Shown here: positions 38,654-53,235 of the stretch, one piece after another
Layout of the letters: the number at the start of each line of letters is the position of its first letter
Numbering within the stretch: position 1 is the stretch's first letter
Assembly (NCBI RefSeq): GCF_006345805.1
Contig: NC_043011.1
Span: forward strand, 8,866,001-8,930,000
Length of the DNA stretch: 64,000 nucleotides
Source of the DNA: Octopus sinensis
Taxonomy: Eukaryota
Direction of reading: 5' to 3'
The notes under the pieces: model-generated
Databases searched by the model: none
What the model was told of the DNA's origin: nothing
What the model saw: the letters and a program-made list of their open reading frames with translations, nothing else
Made by a program: the position numbers and the translations under genes

Positions 38654-40108
38654 TGCTATATCTCTCCTGTCATCCCATGTGTTTCATTCACTGGTTTGCA
38701 AACAATGCTTCATGAATGAAGCCATTTGTTTGTCTTCCAGGTTGTATGAAAGTATGGCCAGGCTGTTTTGTTTTTCAAGAGAGTGGAAGATTATTATTAT
38801 TACGTCACATGGAAACGAGTAAGAGTGGGAAACAAGAAAGGCATCAGGCCAAAGGAAAATACAACCCCAACAAACATTTGTCTGACCCTTACAAGCAAGG
38901 AAAGGTAGATATCAAAATGATGATGACGACGATGATGATGATGATGATGATAACATTATTCCAGCAAACACTCTCATAAGACTTGAACCCAGTATCTCTG
39001 GATAAACAGGAACAGGTCAGGAAGGAAAGCAAAAACAAAACAAACACAAGACAAAACAAAAAAAAAGACTCATAAAAAAAGATGAATAATTTGAAAGATG
39101 AAAGAAATGGCAAAATGTAGAAGAGAGAGAGAGAGAGAGAATTGTTGCCACTCACCGACAGCAGGAAATGGTACAAATCTTTTGATAAAGATTTTGGTAG
39201 CAGGGCTAAAACGTTCCGCTTTTTCTATGAGGACACTGATGCCAACCTGGGATAGAAAGACCAAACCAAAATTAACTCTCAAATGGAACATCGAAAGAAG
39301 AAGAATCGACAGAAAACTTCAGCTGCTGCTGCTGCTGCTATGGGGTTGTTATTTCTTTATTTATTTTGCATTTGTGTCCAGGAATGGTCATGTTGTTAAG
39401 GAATTTGTTTAATTTTCTATTCAATTGCAGTAATAAACATTTTAGGTTTTTGGAAACTATAGAATCAAATGCGAATGTGTATGAAATATCAATGAATGAT
39501 ATAAATGGGAAATGCAAAAAAGAAAACGTTTTTAGAACAGTCAATATTTTTGTGGTTCAAAAATTGCGATTTGTGACACAAAACGTCCTCTGGAATTAGC
39601 CAGAGACAGACTTTAACTACTAAATATTGTTAAACACATCTCTGCAAATGCAACGATGTGCACAAGCAATTCACTTTAAATACAACGAAAAACCGGCGGT
39701 GAGACTGTTTTTAGCAGATCTCCAGGTGGGTGTCATGGCAGGCAAGGGGTTAATGTAGGAAATGTATTTGTACGAAGTTCAAATAGTTCTAAAGGAGACA
39801 ACTGTGTGTCGACTACTTACAGCTATGGAGACGGCGGTGGAAACAGCTCCGACGTACCCGACTATAAACCGTTTCATTGGGGTTGGCTGCGGAAGAGAAA
39901 CAATATATACCCACCGTTAAATAGGGTGGATTATATATGCCTACACACACACATGTAACTTACATATACACGGAAACACACACACACACATACATACACA
40001 TTCATACTTTAGACATGCACAAATGTACTCACACCCGTACTTTACAGATGGAAAACATACACATATACGCATGTACGGACATATTTTGCACATGCTCGTA
40101 CCTATTTT

Positions 40109-40139
<31 letters not shown>

Positions 40140-41881
40140 ACATATTTTACACATGAACATCTATTTGCATATGCACACACACATAGATAGACAAACTTCA
40201 GGGGCGGACCCAAAGGAGGACATAATGGGCAGATGCCCCTCGCCCCTCAAAAAAAGACATGCACCCTTCTAAACAATGTTATTTCGCCCTTTTCTCCTGG
40301 AAGTGTATTCACTTCTGACCTTGTGCGCTCCCTTCGAAAAACTCCTGGGACACTGCCTGTACTTTAGACACGTGCATATAAACTCTTCACTCTAATATAC
40401 AAACCACATACTTTATTATACACACCACAGTTTCAATTCTAGAGAAACACTAAAGATTATTTCTCATAAAAACAAATTTCATTTTGACATCAGGGGGAGG
40501 GAGAGGAGTGGTGGCACCCCTTCGTTATTTCTCACTTCTTTTACGTCTAATTACTGTCCTGTTATTACTGGCATCACATCATCTTGTTCATCACATCTTC
40601 ATCATCACAATCGGTCGCACACCAACAACACACAATAAACTGGCATTCTGTTGGCTGTGATGACAAATGTGCCAACAGAACGGCCAGTGGCTGAGTACTC
40701 CACAGACATGGCATACCTTATTAATATGTGGTTCTCAGGGAGATTCAGTGTGACACAGAATGTGACAAGGCTGGCCCTTTTAACTACAGGTAAAACTCAT
40801 TTTTGTCAGCTGAGTGGTCTGGAATAATGTGAAATAAAGAGTCTTGCTCAAGGACTCAATGCGCCGCCGGGAATCGAACTCACGACCTTATGATGATGAG
40901 CAACCACTAAGCCCCTAAGCCTCCACTACAACACACAACATCCCTGCTTCAAATAGAAAGGATTTCATCTATAAATATACAAATATGACATGTCATTGTC
41001 AAAATAGTTTCCTGCATGGAAAATGTCCCCACCCAGTCAGGAGTATTTCTCCAAATATAGGCAACGGTATGGCTGTGCGGTGAAGAAGCTTGCTCCCAAA
41101 CCATGTGGTTTTGGGTTCAGTCCCACTGTACAGCACTTTGGGTAAAAGCAACATTTCTAAGATGAAGAGAATAAACCAAAAATGACAAACATTCGAAAAT
41201 TGCAGAGAAAACTCTAGAACGGTTGGTAATATTCTCCCTGTTGTCTTCCGCTTACCTTGGTAGCATTTCTGTTGGCATAATTAACACAGGCGTTGTGGCT
41301 TTGATTCATCCATTGCCAAAGGATTGTCTTACCAATGGTTGGATTTGGCAGCAGCATTCCAATAACCTGCAGGAAAGAAGGGGGAGGAAGAAAAGAGTCA
41401 AATGTTTGAGTAGTAGTAGTAGTAGTATAATTGGTGCAGGTCTTAAATAGATCTTAACATAATTACTTGGCATGCATGCAAAGACACACGCACACGCACA
41501 CACAAAATGGCTGAACTCAAAATCTTTTCCCGTTATTCTTGTAACATCCAAGGTTAAACAAAAGACATTCTGCCCCTGGAAACCCTTAAGAGAGAGGAGA
41601 TACATTGTTCTTGCCCTTACAATCCTAAAGACCAGAAAATCAATTTAACTTGAAACAGACTGCCGGCATCAGTTGTTAGTTGTCGGAGCACTGCATCCTT
41701 CAAAACTTCCATGCTTCCTGAGATTTGCCAACACTCCACCTGATTTTCTCCCCTCCATACACACACAAGCATGTATCTGACTCATACACTGTTCACTTCC
41801 TAGACATTTGCACATTACTGCATATGCTTTATATGCACTTTTGACGAGTTGTGGTGCACCTGAGCACTGTATACAATAATT

Positions 41882-41921
<40 letters not shown>

Positions 41922-42963
41922 ACCAAGAACCTCATTAATTTTTATCAAATATTCTTATCTAATTCAAACAATTTATATTTTAGTCAATGAATGTCAAATA
42001 TTGTATGATTTATGCAGTATAATTTATATATAATTATTCTATAGATAGACAGAGGCCTGGCCGTGTGGTAAGAGGTTTACTTCCCAAGCACATGGTCTTG
42101 GATTCAGAACCACTGTGTGGTGTCTTGGGCTGACCAAGGCCTAGTGGATAGATTTGGTAGACATTTGGTTGGCATTAGGAAGTGCATCCGGCCATAGAAA
42201 CCATGCCAACAGACAGTAGAGGTCAGAGCAGTCTTCTGGCTTGCCAGCACCTGTCAAACTGTCCAACCCATGCCGGCAGAGAAAACAGATGTTGAATGAT
42301 GATGATGATGATGACGGTGACTGATGCATGTATGCAATACATACATACATACAGACAGACAGACATATGGTGTAGTGGGTGGCAGTTGACCTATGGTTAA
42401 AACAACAACAACAATAAATAGTGAGGTCATTAATTAAGGGCAAAATACTTACAAATGGGGACCCAAATGGCACAAAACCTGAAAGAGGGAGAAAGAAACA
42501 TGAGATTAATAAAATAATATTTAGTATTTAGAACCCTGCCCTCCATTTACCATATATGGAAGTGGAGAGAGAGAGAGAGGCAGACAGGGAGGGAGGGAGA
42601 GAAGGAGAAAGAAGGGCACTGGGGAAGGTGAGTGAAAGAAGATGAGAGTGACAATAGTTTGAGAGTGGAGAATAGGAAAAGTGAGGGTGGCTGAGAGATG
42701 AGATTTTGTAAGTTTAAAGTGAAGTGAAAGGGGTCACTCATGCAGGAATGCGTAGGTGCAGGGGTTGTTGTGTGGTAAGAAGCTTGCATCTCCAACCACA
42801 TGGTTCCAGGTTCAGTCTTCCTGCATGGCACTTTGGCCAAGTGTCTTCTTCTATAGCCCTGGGCCAACTAAAGCTTCATCAGTGGATTTGGTAGCTGGAA
42901 ACTGAAAGAAACCCGTGGTATATATACATAATACATACATATATATATGTGCATGTATATATA

Positions 42964-43009
<46 letters not shown>

Positions 43010-46000
43010 CACACACACATATATATATATGTATAAATATATATAAATATATATATACATAAATACATAAATATAGAAATATTAAAATAACTAAGTCTCT
43101 CTAAAAGAGAACAGCGGCAGCGTTCCCGGAAAATAATAGTTATCGCCATACTAATATATCAAATAGCTAACTTAAGGCGATGGCCTCATGGAGCTAATAA
43201 GCGGACAGCTTTTTTCTTATTTTTATAAGAATGCCATATTAGTATGGCGATAACTATTATTTACATAAATATATATATACATAAATACATAAATATATAT
43301 ACATAAATACATAAATATATATATACATAAATATATATCATCATCATCATCATCATCATCGTTTAACGTCCGCTTTCCATGCTAGCATGGGTTGGACGGT
43401 TCAACTGGGGTCTGGGAAGCCCGAAGGCTGCACCAGGCCAGTCAGATGTGGCAGTGTTTCTACAGCTGGATGCCCTTCCTAACGCCAACCACTCCGAGAG
43501 TGTAGTGGGTGATTTTATGTGCCACCGACACAGGTGCCAGACGAGGCTGGCAGACGGCCACGCTCGGATGGTGTTTTTTTTTATGTGCCACCGACACAGG
43601 TGCCAGACGAGGCTGGCAGACGGCCACGCTCGGATGGTGTTTTTTTATGTGCCACCGACACAGGTGCCAGACGAGGCTGATATATATTAATTTTTTTTTT
43701 TTTTCTAGTTTCAGCTCAGAGCTGCGGCCATGCTGATGCACCGCCGTTTTGTGCTACACTGTTATTGCGACGAACCTCGTCTAATATGTGGCACTTGGTG
43801 AAGAATGGAGTTTGTTACAGCTACTCTCATTTGCACCTCTTGACGTGAGGTAGGTTCATCTGGGACTCTCGACAGGAAGATGTCCAGCTTTGATTTAAAA
43901 ACCACTACATCTACTTTGTGCAAGTTCCTCAGACTCTTTGGGAGAATATTAAAAAGCTGTGGGCCCTTGAAACCCAGGCTGTTGCAGAAGCTGGTCCTGA
44001 AGCGTGATGGCATTGCTGGGATCTTTGGCACTATGCAGTGTCGTCCCGTTCTAGCATTGGTGTAGCTTACAATGCCAAAATTTGGCACAATTCCTTCCAG
44101 GATCTTCCAGACATATATTACTGCATACCTCTCCCGTCTTCTCTCCAGGGAGTAGAGTCTTAGCTGTTTCAACCTTTCCCAGTAGCTGAGCTGTTGCAAA
44201 GAGACGATCTTCTTTGTGAATCTTCTCTGGATTGCTTCAAGGTCCGCTGTTAATTTTACACTGGTGGGTGACCATAGATGTGAGCAGTAATCCAGGCGAC
44301 TGAGGACAAATGTCCACCAGAGGACCATCATGGTTTCCTTATCTTTGGTTCTGAATGTTCTTAGGATCCACCCAGCCAGTCGTCTGCACTTTGTCACCAT
44401 CCTGGTAATGTGCACTTGGAAAGAGGTATCATCACTCATGTCGATACCCAGGTCCCTCACAGACTTAGGCTCTGGGATTGAAATTCCCTGTGGACCGGTG
44501 TATCCTGTAAGTTTAATATTCAGTTTTGGATGCTGGTAGCGCAGGGCCTGGAATTTTTCAGCATTAAACTGCATATTATTATCCTCAGCCCATCTGTAGA
44601 TTGAGTCCAACTCCTGCTGCAGGTGTGCAACATCGCTGGGGTTCTGTATTTTCTGCGAGACTTTCGTATCGTCTGCATAGCTGGCCAGAGTGGCTATCCG
44701 GGCATATCTGAGAGGCCACTATAAAAAGCAGTGGTCCCAAGACAGTGCCCTGTGGAACACCGCTCACTATTTATGTGTTCATACAGGTGGCTCCACTAAC
44801 CACTACTGCCTGACTCCTATCTTTCAGGAAGTCATGCAACCACACTCCAAGTTTTCCAGCTATGCCAAGGTCACGCAGTTTGTGGCATATCATACCATGA
44901 TCCACCTTGTCAAAAGCTTTTGCAAAATCAAGGTATATTACGTCCACATTTGATTTGTTGAGTAACTGCCTCAACACCCAGTCATAATGTTGTAAGAACT
45001 GGGTCAGGCAGCTCCTACCTGGTTGAAAATCATGCTGGGTATTACTCAGCAAGTTATTTTCCTCAAGGAATGCGATTAGTTTCTTTCTGACTATCCGTTC
45101 CATGACTTTGCTGATGTGTGAAGTCAGAGAGATAGGCCTATAGTTTTTGGCATCTGCTCTACTTCCCCCTTTATGTATTGGGCATATTATTCCCTCCTTC
45201 AGCTTGCTTGGCAGTTTGCCATTCGCAAGAAAGCTCTGGAAGAGAATCTTGAAGGGTTTTGCCAGGGCATGCTTACACGCTTTGAGGAGGATGGCTGGGA
45301 AACCGTGGTGAGAGACAAACACACACACACACACATTCTTTTTCTTTTATTCTTTTACTTGTTTCAATCATTTGACTGTGGCCATGTTGGAGCACTGCCT
45401 TTAGTCGAACAAATCAACCCCAGAACTTATTCTTTGTAAGCCTAGTACTTATTTTATCGGTCTCTTTTGCTGAACTGCAAAGTAAGAGGGATGTAAGCAC
45501 ACCAGCCTCGGTTGTCAAGTGATGGTGTGGGAGGAGGACACAGACACACAAACATATACACACACATACATATATATACACACACACACACACACATGAT
45601 AGGCTTCTTTCAGTTTCCATCTACCAAATCCACTCACAAGGCTTTGATCAGCCTGAGGTTATAGAAGACACCTGACCAAGGTGCCATGCAGTAGGTCTGA
45701 ACCAGGAACCATGTGGTTGGTAAGCAAGCTTCTTACCACACAGCTGGGCTTCTTTCAGTTTCCATCTCCCAAATCTACTCACTAGGCTTTAGTTGTCTTG
45801 AGGCTATGGTAGAAGACCCTCACTCCCAAGGTACCGTGTGGTGAGACTGAACCCAGGACCATGTGGTTGGAAAGCAAACTTCTTAATTTCTACAGAGTTG
45901 AGCTTTCAAGATGCAAGTGACTTCATATTAAAAAAAAAACAACAAAAGCATCACCTCCTCCTCATCCTTCTTCCCCCACCCCCACTTTTTCACTTCCTTC

Positions 46001-46615
46001 TAATTTAGGCACAAGGTAACCATTACATGGTAACTTAAAAAGCTAGAAATAGCAGTCAAATCTCCTGTAGACCACAGCTTACCATCTTAAAAATAAAACA
46101 GGATACATTGGATTATTGTAGTCCAAGGAATATTTAAACCTGTCAAAAGCTGGTGAGGTGGTCATGGTTGGAGCTTATTCAATTATAGGTTGACTATCAT
46201 GAGTGACTTTGATTTAACAACACTATCAATTGATATTTTGATGTTAAACAGCTGCCATAACGAGATACATTTACAATTAAATCACAGATAACAAAAGATA
46301 ATGGAAGTGCCTCACAATCTTCACCATCATCACCATCAAAATAACAATAATAATACGTCACCTTACTGGCACCTGTGCCGGTGGCATGTATAAAAAGATT
46401 CGAGCGAGGTCATTGCCAGTACCGCCTGACTGGCCCCGTGCCGGTAGCACATAAAAAGCACCCACTACACTCTCGGAGTGGTTGGCATTAGGAAGGGCAT
46501 CCAGCAGTAGAAACTCTGCCAGATCAAGATTGGAGCCTGGTGCAGCCATCTGGTTCGCCAGACCTCAGTTAAAATCGTCCAACCCATGCTAGCATGGAAA
46601 GCGGACATTAAACAA

Positions 46616-46654
<39 letters not shown>

Positions 46655-47672
46655 GTTTCAAATTTTGGCACAAGGCCAGCAATTTCAGGAAGTGTGTAAA
46701 TCGAAAGCACTCAACCCCAGTACTCAACTAGTACTTAATTTATCAACCCCGAAAGGATGAAAGGCAAAATTGACCTCGGCAGAATTTGAACTCAGGACGT
46801 AGCGACAGACGAAATACTGCTAAGCATTTCATCCAGCGGGCTAACGATTCTGCCAGCTCGCTATCTTAATAATAGTATTAATAATAATAATAATAATAGT
46901 AATAATCTTTTCCGTTATAGGTACAAGGCCTGAAGTTTTGAGGAAGGGGACTAATTGATTACATCAACCCCAGAATTTCACTGGTACTTAATTTATCGAC
47001 CCTGAAAGGATGAAAGACAAAGTCAACCTTGGCAGAATTTGAACCCAGACCGTAGCAATGAGCGAAATACTGCTAAGCATTTCATCCAGCGTGCTAACGA
47101 TTCTGCCAGCTCACTGCCTTAAATAACAATAATAAAAATCCTTCGTATTTGAGGCACAAGGTCTGAAATTTTGGTGGGGTTCAATGATATCAACCTGACT
47201 GATTAACTGGTATTTATTTTATTGACCCCAAAAGGATGAAAGGCAAAGTTGACCTTGGTTGAGTTTGAACTCATAAAGGTGCTAAGCATTTTGCCAGGTG
47301 TGCTAACAATGCTGCCAGCTTGCTGCCATAATAATAATAATAATAATAATGATAATAATAATAATGATGATGATAATGCATGCAGCCAGGAAATAAAGGC
47401 AGAGGAAAAGAAAGAAACAAACAAATGAGTTATTCTACCTGACATTCGGAAAGGCATGAATATTTTTTCACCAGTATCAGGATGTATGATGGCCTGAAAT
47501 AGTGAGAGAGAGAGAGAGATGGAAGAGAAAGAGAAAATTGAAAGAGATTTAAAATATAAATCTATCGGAACAATTAGCTGACAGCACTCTTCCTTAAGCC
47601 CTTCCCACTTGACGGAGCATAGGCCACCGATGACTTTTCTCCACTGTTCTTCACTCTGGGACTTTCTCATTT

Positions 47673-47719
<47 letters not shown>

Positions 47720-49092
47720 AAATTTATAAATAAGGATAATATTGATATTTAAATATCAATCTTATCAAGTGGCCAGCATGGGAATAAATACCAAACAAAG
47801 GTAATAATTATTTAAACCTATAAATAAGGGTATCTGAGAGATACCACCATGCCGAAATAGCAGTCAAAACCATGACCCTACCATTTAAGGTGGTTTTTAG
47901 GGTCAGAGTTTTGACTGCTATTTCGGCATGGTGGTATCTCTCAGATACCCTTATTTATAGTTTTATATATATATATATATTATATATATATATATATATA
48001 TATCATCGTTCGTGATTGTCCTTTAACACCTGTTTCACATGGGTTGGGTGGTTTGGCAAGCAGCAGCAGGGCTGTGCCGAGCTCTGCTGTCAACTTTGGA
48101 ATCTTTTCCACAGCTGCACATAAAAAGCACCCACTACACTCGTGGAGTGGTTGGCGTTAGGAAGGGCATCCAGCCGTAGAAACTCTGCCAGATCAGACTG
48201 GAGCCTGGAGCAGCCCCTGGCTTCCCAGACCCCGGTCGAACCGTCCAACCCGTGCTAGCGCGGAAAACGGACATTAAACGATGATGATGTATACCCTTCT
48301 TAACACCAACCCCAATAGAACAACAGGTGAGAGATATAACCACAGGTGAATTCAAGTCAAATGATCCATGGTTCAAACCCCATTGCAGTCATAGAGCCAA
48401 GCTTATAAATAAGAACATTATTATTATTATAGACTGCAGTGTTGATGTAATGAACAAAGGGCCTGTCAGCATCTGGTGCTCACCCGAAGTTCTTGCGCAG
48501 AGAGATGCAGGGACGAATTTCCTAACCAAGGGAAGACATTTTTGTCAGTGATTTCAAAATGGAATAACGTTTTTAATGGGGTAGCAATAATAGTAGTGGT
48601 TATAGTGATGATGGTGACGGTACTGGTGGGGTGGTGGGGGATAGTAGTAGTAGCAGCAGCAGTGGAAGTAGCAGTAACAGCACCAGCAGTAGTGGTGGTG
48701 GTGGTGGTGGTGGCAGCAGAAGTAGTTGCAGCAGCAGTAGTAATACAGTATGTATGTGTGTGTGTGTGCGCGTGTGTGAGTGAGTGTGCGCGTGTGTGAG
48801 TGAGTGTGTGCGTGTGTGTGTAATACAAAGCAAAAGTGTGTATAAAGAAAGACCTTACCTGTTTGACCTTCTGTGCCTCCCACAACTGTTTGCTGGGGAC
48901 ATTGTCAGGAAGCTGACCCTTTCTGTAGAGCTCTAACAACTGGATGGAAGACTGGAGTTTCTTATCACTGACCAACAGAGTTCTGGGGTCAATAACGTCC
49001 AGGAAATGTAACAGCCGTCCTGTGAATGTCTCCTAGCAAAATAAATAATACTTTTTATGTATGTATGTATATATATATATATATATATAAAA

Positions 49093-49143
<51 letters not shown>

Positions 49144-50206
49144 TGGATAAATAGGTTGTTTGGAATTGTGTACTTCCCCTGTTCGAAGGTTATAATGGAC
49201 ACAGGTTTGTATGTCACATAGCTAGCTAGAGGCAATGGCCTCTTGGAACTAATCAACGGCAGCATTCGTCCTATATTTCTGGACTGCCATATTAGCTTGG
49301 CGACAACTATTAATATCCAGTACCACTGACCATAGTCTCCTTTAGAGAGACTTAGAAATTTTAATATTTCTATATATATATATACACAGGGTGGACCAAA
49401 AGTAGGTTTACAGTCATTCAACCATCTCTTCTGCATTCATACATGAACAGTTTGGATCTTAATTATAAAAAAATATGAAACCCTTATTCTCTGCTGATTC
49501 AGTTAATTTTGTCAAGTTCCCTTTTCAGTTTGGCCGATAGAAATTTAAATGTAATAAAATGTTTTAAAGAAATTTAAAGTGCCTACGTGATAACTGTAAC
49601 CATACTTTTGGGCCGCCATGTATATGTGTATATGACCGTGACCGACCAGGCTTTCAGATGTTGCTACATATCGCTGGTCACAATGCGCTTCGCATTGTTT
49701 TAGCCTTCAAATGACGCCACCCCGCTGGCTAAGCGGGCAGACCAACAGAAGAAAGAGTGAGAGAAAGTTGTGGCGAAAGAGTACACCACCCCCTGCCGGA
49801 GCCTCGTGGAGCTTTAGGTGTTTTCGCTCAATAAACACTCACAACGCCCGGTCTGGGAATCGAAACTGCGATCCTACGACCGCGAGTCCGCTTCCATAAC
49901 CACTGGGCCACTGCGCCTCCACATATGTGTATATACATACATATATATACGTGTACACACATATATGGGGTAAGTAAGAAAATGGAGAGGATACAAAAAC
50001 GACATACATCAGTCAGCTGGTAGACATTCTATTTATTCCAAAGTATTAGAAAGTATTAAAGGAATACATACACATGCTGTAACTATGTGCTACACACACA
50101 CACACACGTGTGTGCTAATATTACAGAAAAAGAGCAAAAGATCAGATTGTCAGTACTATACCTCAGTTGGTTGATTCCCCAACCTCTGAGTCACACAGAA
50201 ATATAT

Positions 50207-50245
<39 letters not shown>

Positions 50246-51863
50246 TCTTTTATTCTTTTATTTGTTTCAGTCATTTGACTGCGGCCATGCTGGAGCATCG
50301 CCTTTAGTCGAACAAACTGACCCCAGGACTTATTCTTTGTAAACCTAGGACTTATTCTACCAGTCTCTTTTACTGAACTGCTAAGTTATGGGGACATAAA
50401 CACACCAGCATTGGTTGTCAAGCGATGGTGGGGGGTACAAACACAGACACACAAACATACACATACACACGCGCACGCACACACACACACACACACACAC
50501 ATATATACATATACAGCAGGCTTCTTTCAGCTTCAGTCTACCAAATCCAATCACAAGCCTTTGGTTAGCTCAACGCTGCAGTAGACGGCACTTGCCCAAA
50601 TTGCCATGCAGTGAGACTGAACCCAGAACCATGTGGTTACTAAGCCAGCTACTTACCACACAGCCACTCCTATATACATATACCCAGTGCATTGTTCCAA
50701 TACTGATGGGATCAACAATGAAAGTTCTCCCTCCAGGAAGAGATAAAATACCATTTAATATACACAAGATTTAAATGCAAACTATTTTTTATTTCATGCT
50801 TCTGTAAATATACACCAAGCTATACAAGTTTGTCAGACCATTATATTATCAAAGGCATGAAACTAATAGCAGCTGGCATTTAAAACCTGCATATATTAAA
50901 TGACAAATGTGTGTGTGTGTGTAGTTGTATGTGAGACAAGATTATGGAATAAAGTTGGGCTAACACAATGTAGTTTGTGTAGGGAACTTACATAATGTAG
51001 TTAAAGTGGTGTAACGCAATGACTGTAGTAGGTGTGGGCTAATATACTCTTGGGAATGTGGGTTAACGTACTTAATGTACTTGGAGTAGGCTAATATTTT
51101 TAATACATTGCGAGTAATACACTTAATAGAGTGCATTAGGTTAACATAATACGGTTAAGTGTGGGCTAATATACTGCAGCGAGTGCAGGGCTAACATTCT
51201 AAATGAGGGGAAACAAACAGAATGCTTTATCTGTTACAATTAGACTTAATGAGGAAATGAAACTCGTCAGTGATAATTACTGTCAAAATCAGTAAGGGAG
51301 AGAACTCTGAAATTTAAATTGATTGAAAATTAAATGCTGATATGAAGTGGTGGGGATTGCGGGTAACAGAGAGAGGTAGTGTAGAGGGTGTGTAGCGTGG
51401 TGTGGGTAAGTAGTTCTTTCTGTATGTGTGTGTGCGTGTGTGTGTGTGTGTGCAGAGAGAGAGAGAGAGAAGTGGAGTATTGGACCTTTTTACCAGAACA
51501 ATAACATTATATGCGAACTGTGTTTCTACATTCAGCATGAAATGTGGCAGTGTCTGTGTATGTATATTTGCACATTATGTCAAAGTGTGTGTATGTGTAA
51601 GAGGGAGAGAGAGAAGAGAGAGAAGGGAGAGTGTATCTTCAATGTGTGTGTATGTGTGTGCGTGTGTGTATGTGCGTAACATCTCTACACATCCCATACA
51701 CCCCCTCCACCTTCACTCTGTGGATATTCCCTCAGTGATTACAAAACAAAAACAGGTATAAAAAGTAAAATTTGATTGTTTCTAATAACTTTAACCTTTG
51801 TTCACAATAAAATCAAATATCACACACACACGCACACACACACACGCACTCTCTCTTTCTCTC

Positions 51864-51909
<46 letters not shown>

Positions 51910-52204
51910 TAAATACAGAAACCTTAACATCAACCACAACAATGACCCTGATAACAGTCTGAACCACAAACCATTTACCATCTATTAAGTGCTCTTCATG
52001 GAATGACACGATTGGAAAGGTTAGAACATTCCAGATGGTGAGGCAGGTGGCAAGGAGGTAACACACACACATACATAAATACGTGTGCATGCATACACGC
52101 ACATACACCCACATTCACTCACAGACGCTACCCTTTTACAAATCGCAACAACACATAGATGTGCACAGCACTACATACATAGACATACACACACACACAC
52201 ATGG

Positions 52205-52235
<31 letters not shown>

Positions 52236-52384
52236 AAGGTGCGTGGCCTAGTGGTTAGGATCTGGCACTCACAATCACAAGATCATGAGTTCAATTTCCA
52301 AACCAGGTGGTGTATTGTGTTCTTGAGCAAAACACTTCATTTCACATTGCTCCAGTCCACTCGGCTATATATATATACACACAC

Positions 52385-52439
<55 letters not shown>

Positions 52440-52580
52440 TATATATATACATACATATATATACATATATATATATATATATTATATATATATACACATA
52501 TATATATACATACACATATATATACATACATACACATATATATATATATACACACACATATATATACATACACATATATT

Positions 52581-52616
<36 letters not shown>

Positions 52617-52734
52617 TATATATATACATACACATATATATATACATACACATATATATATACATACACATATATATATACATACACATATATATACATA
52701 CATACACATATATATATACATATATATATACACA

Positions 52735-52767
<33 letters not shown>

Positions 52768-52847
52768 TATACATATATATATATATACACATATATATAT
52801 ATATACACATATATATATATATATATACATACATATATATATATACC

Positions 52848-52880
<33 letters not shown>

Positions 52881-53204
52881 CACAATATATATATACACAC
52901 ACATATATATATACACACATATATATATACAACATATATATATACACACATATATATATATATATACACACATATATATATATACACACATATATATATA
53001 TAACACATATATATATATACAACATATATATATACACACACACACACTATATATATATATATCACACACACATATATATATACACACACACATATATATA
53101 ATATACACACACACAATATATATACACACACACAATATATATACACACACACATATATATATATACACACACACACATATATATACACACACACATATAT
53201 ATAT

Positions 53205-53235
<31 letters not shown>

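Noticed and set aside
43500-43682. Regular repeats suggesting a CRISPR array
   Set aside because: No unique spacers; a tandem unit inside a eukaryotic retroelement
49030-49035. TAGGAG tandem (NAGNAG) acceptor at exon 2
   Set aside because: GAG is a weak acceptor; no evidence of use
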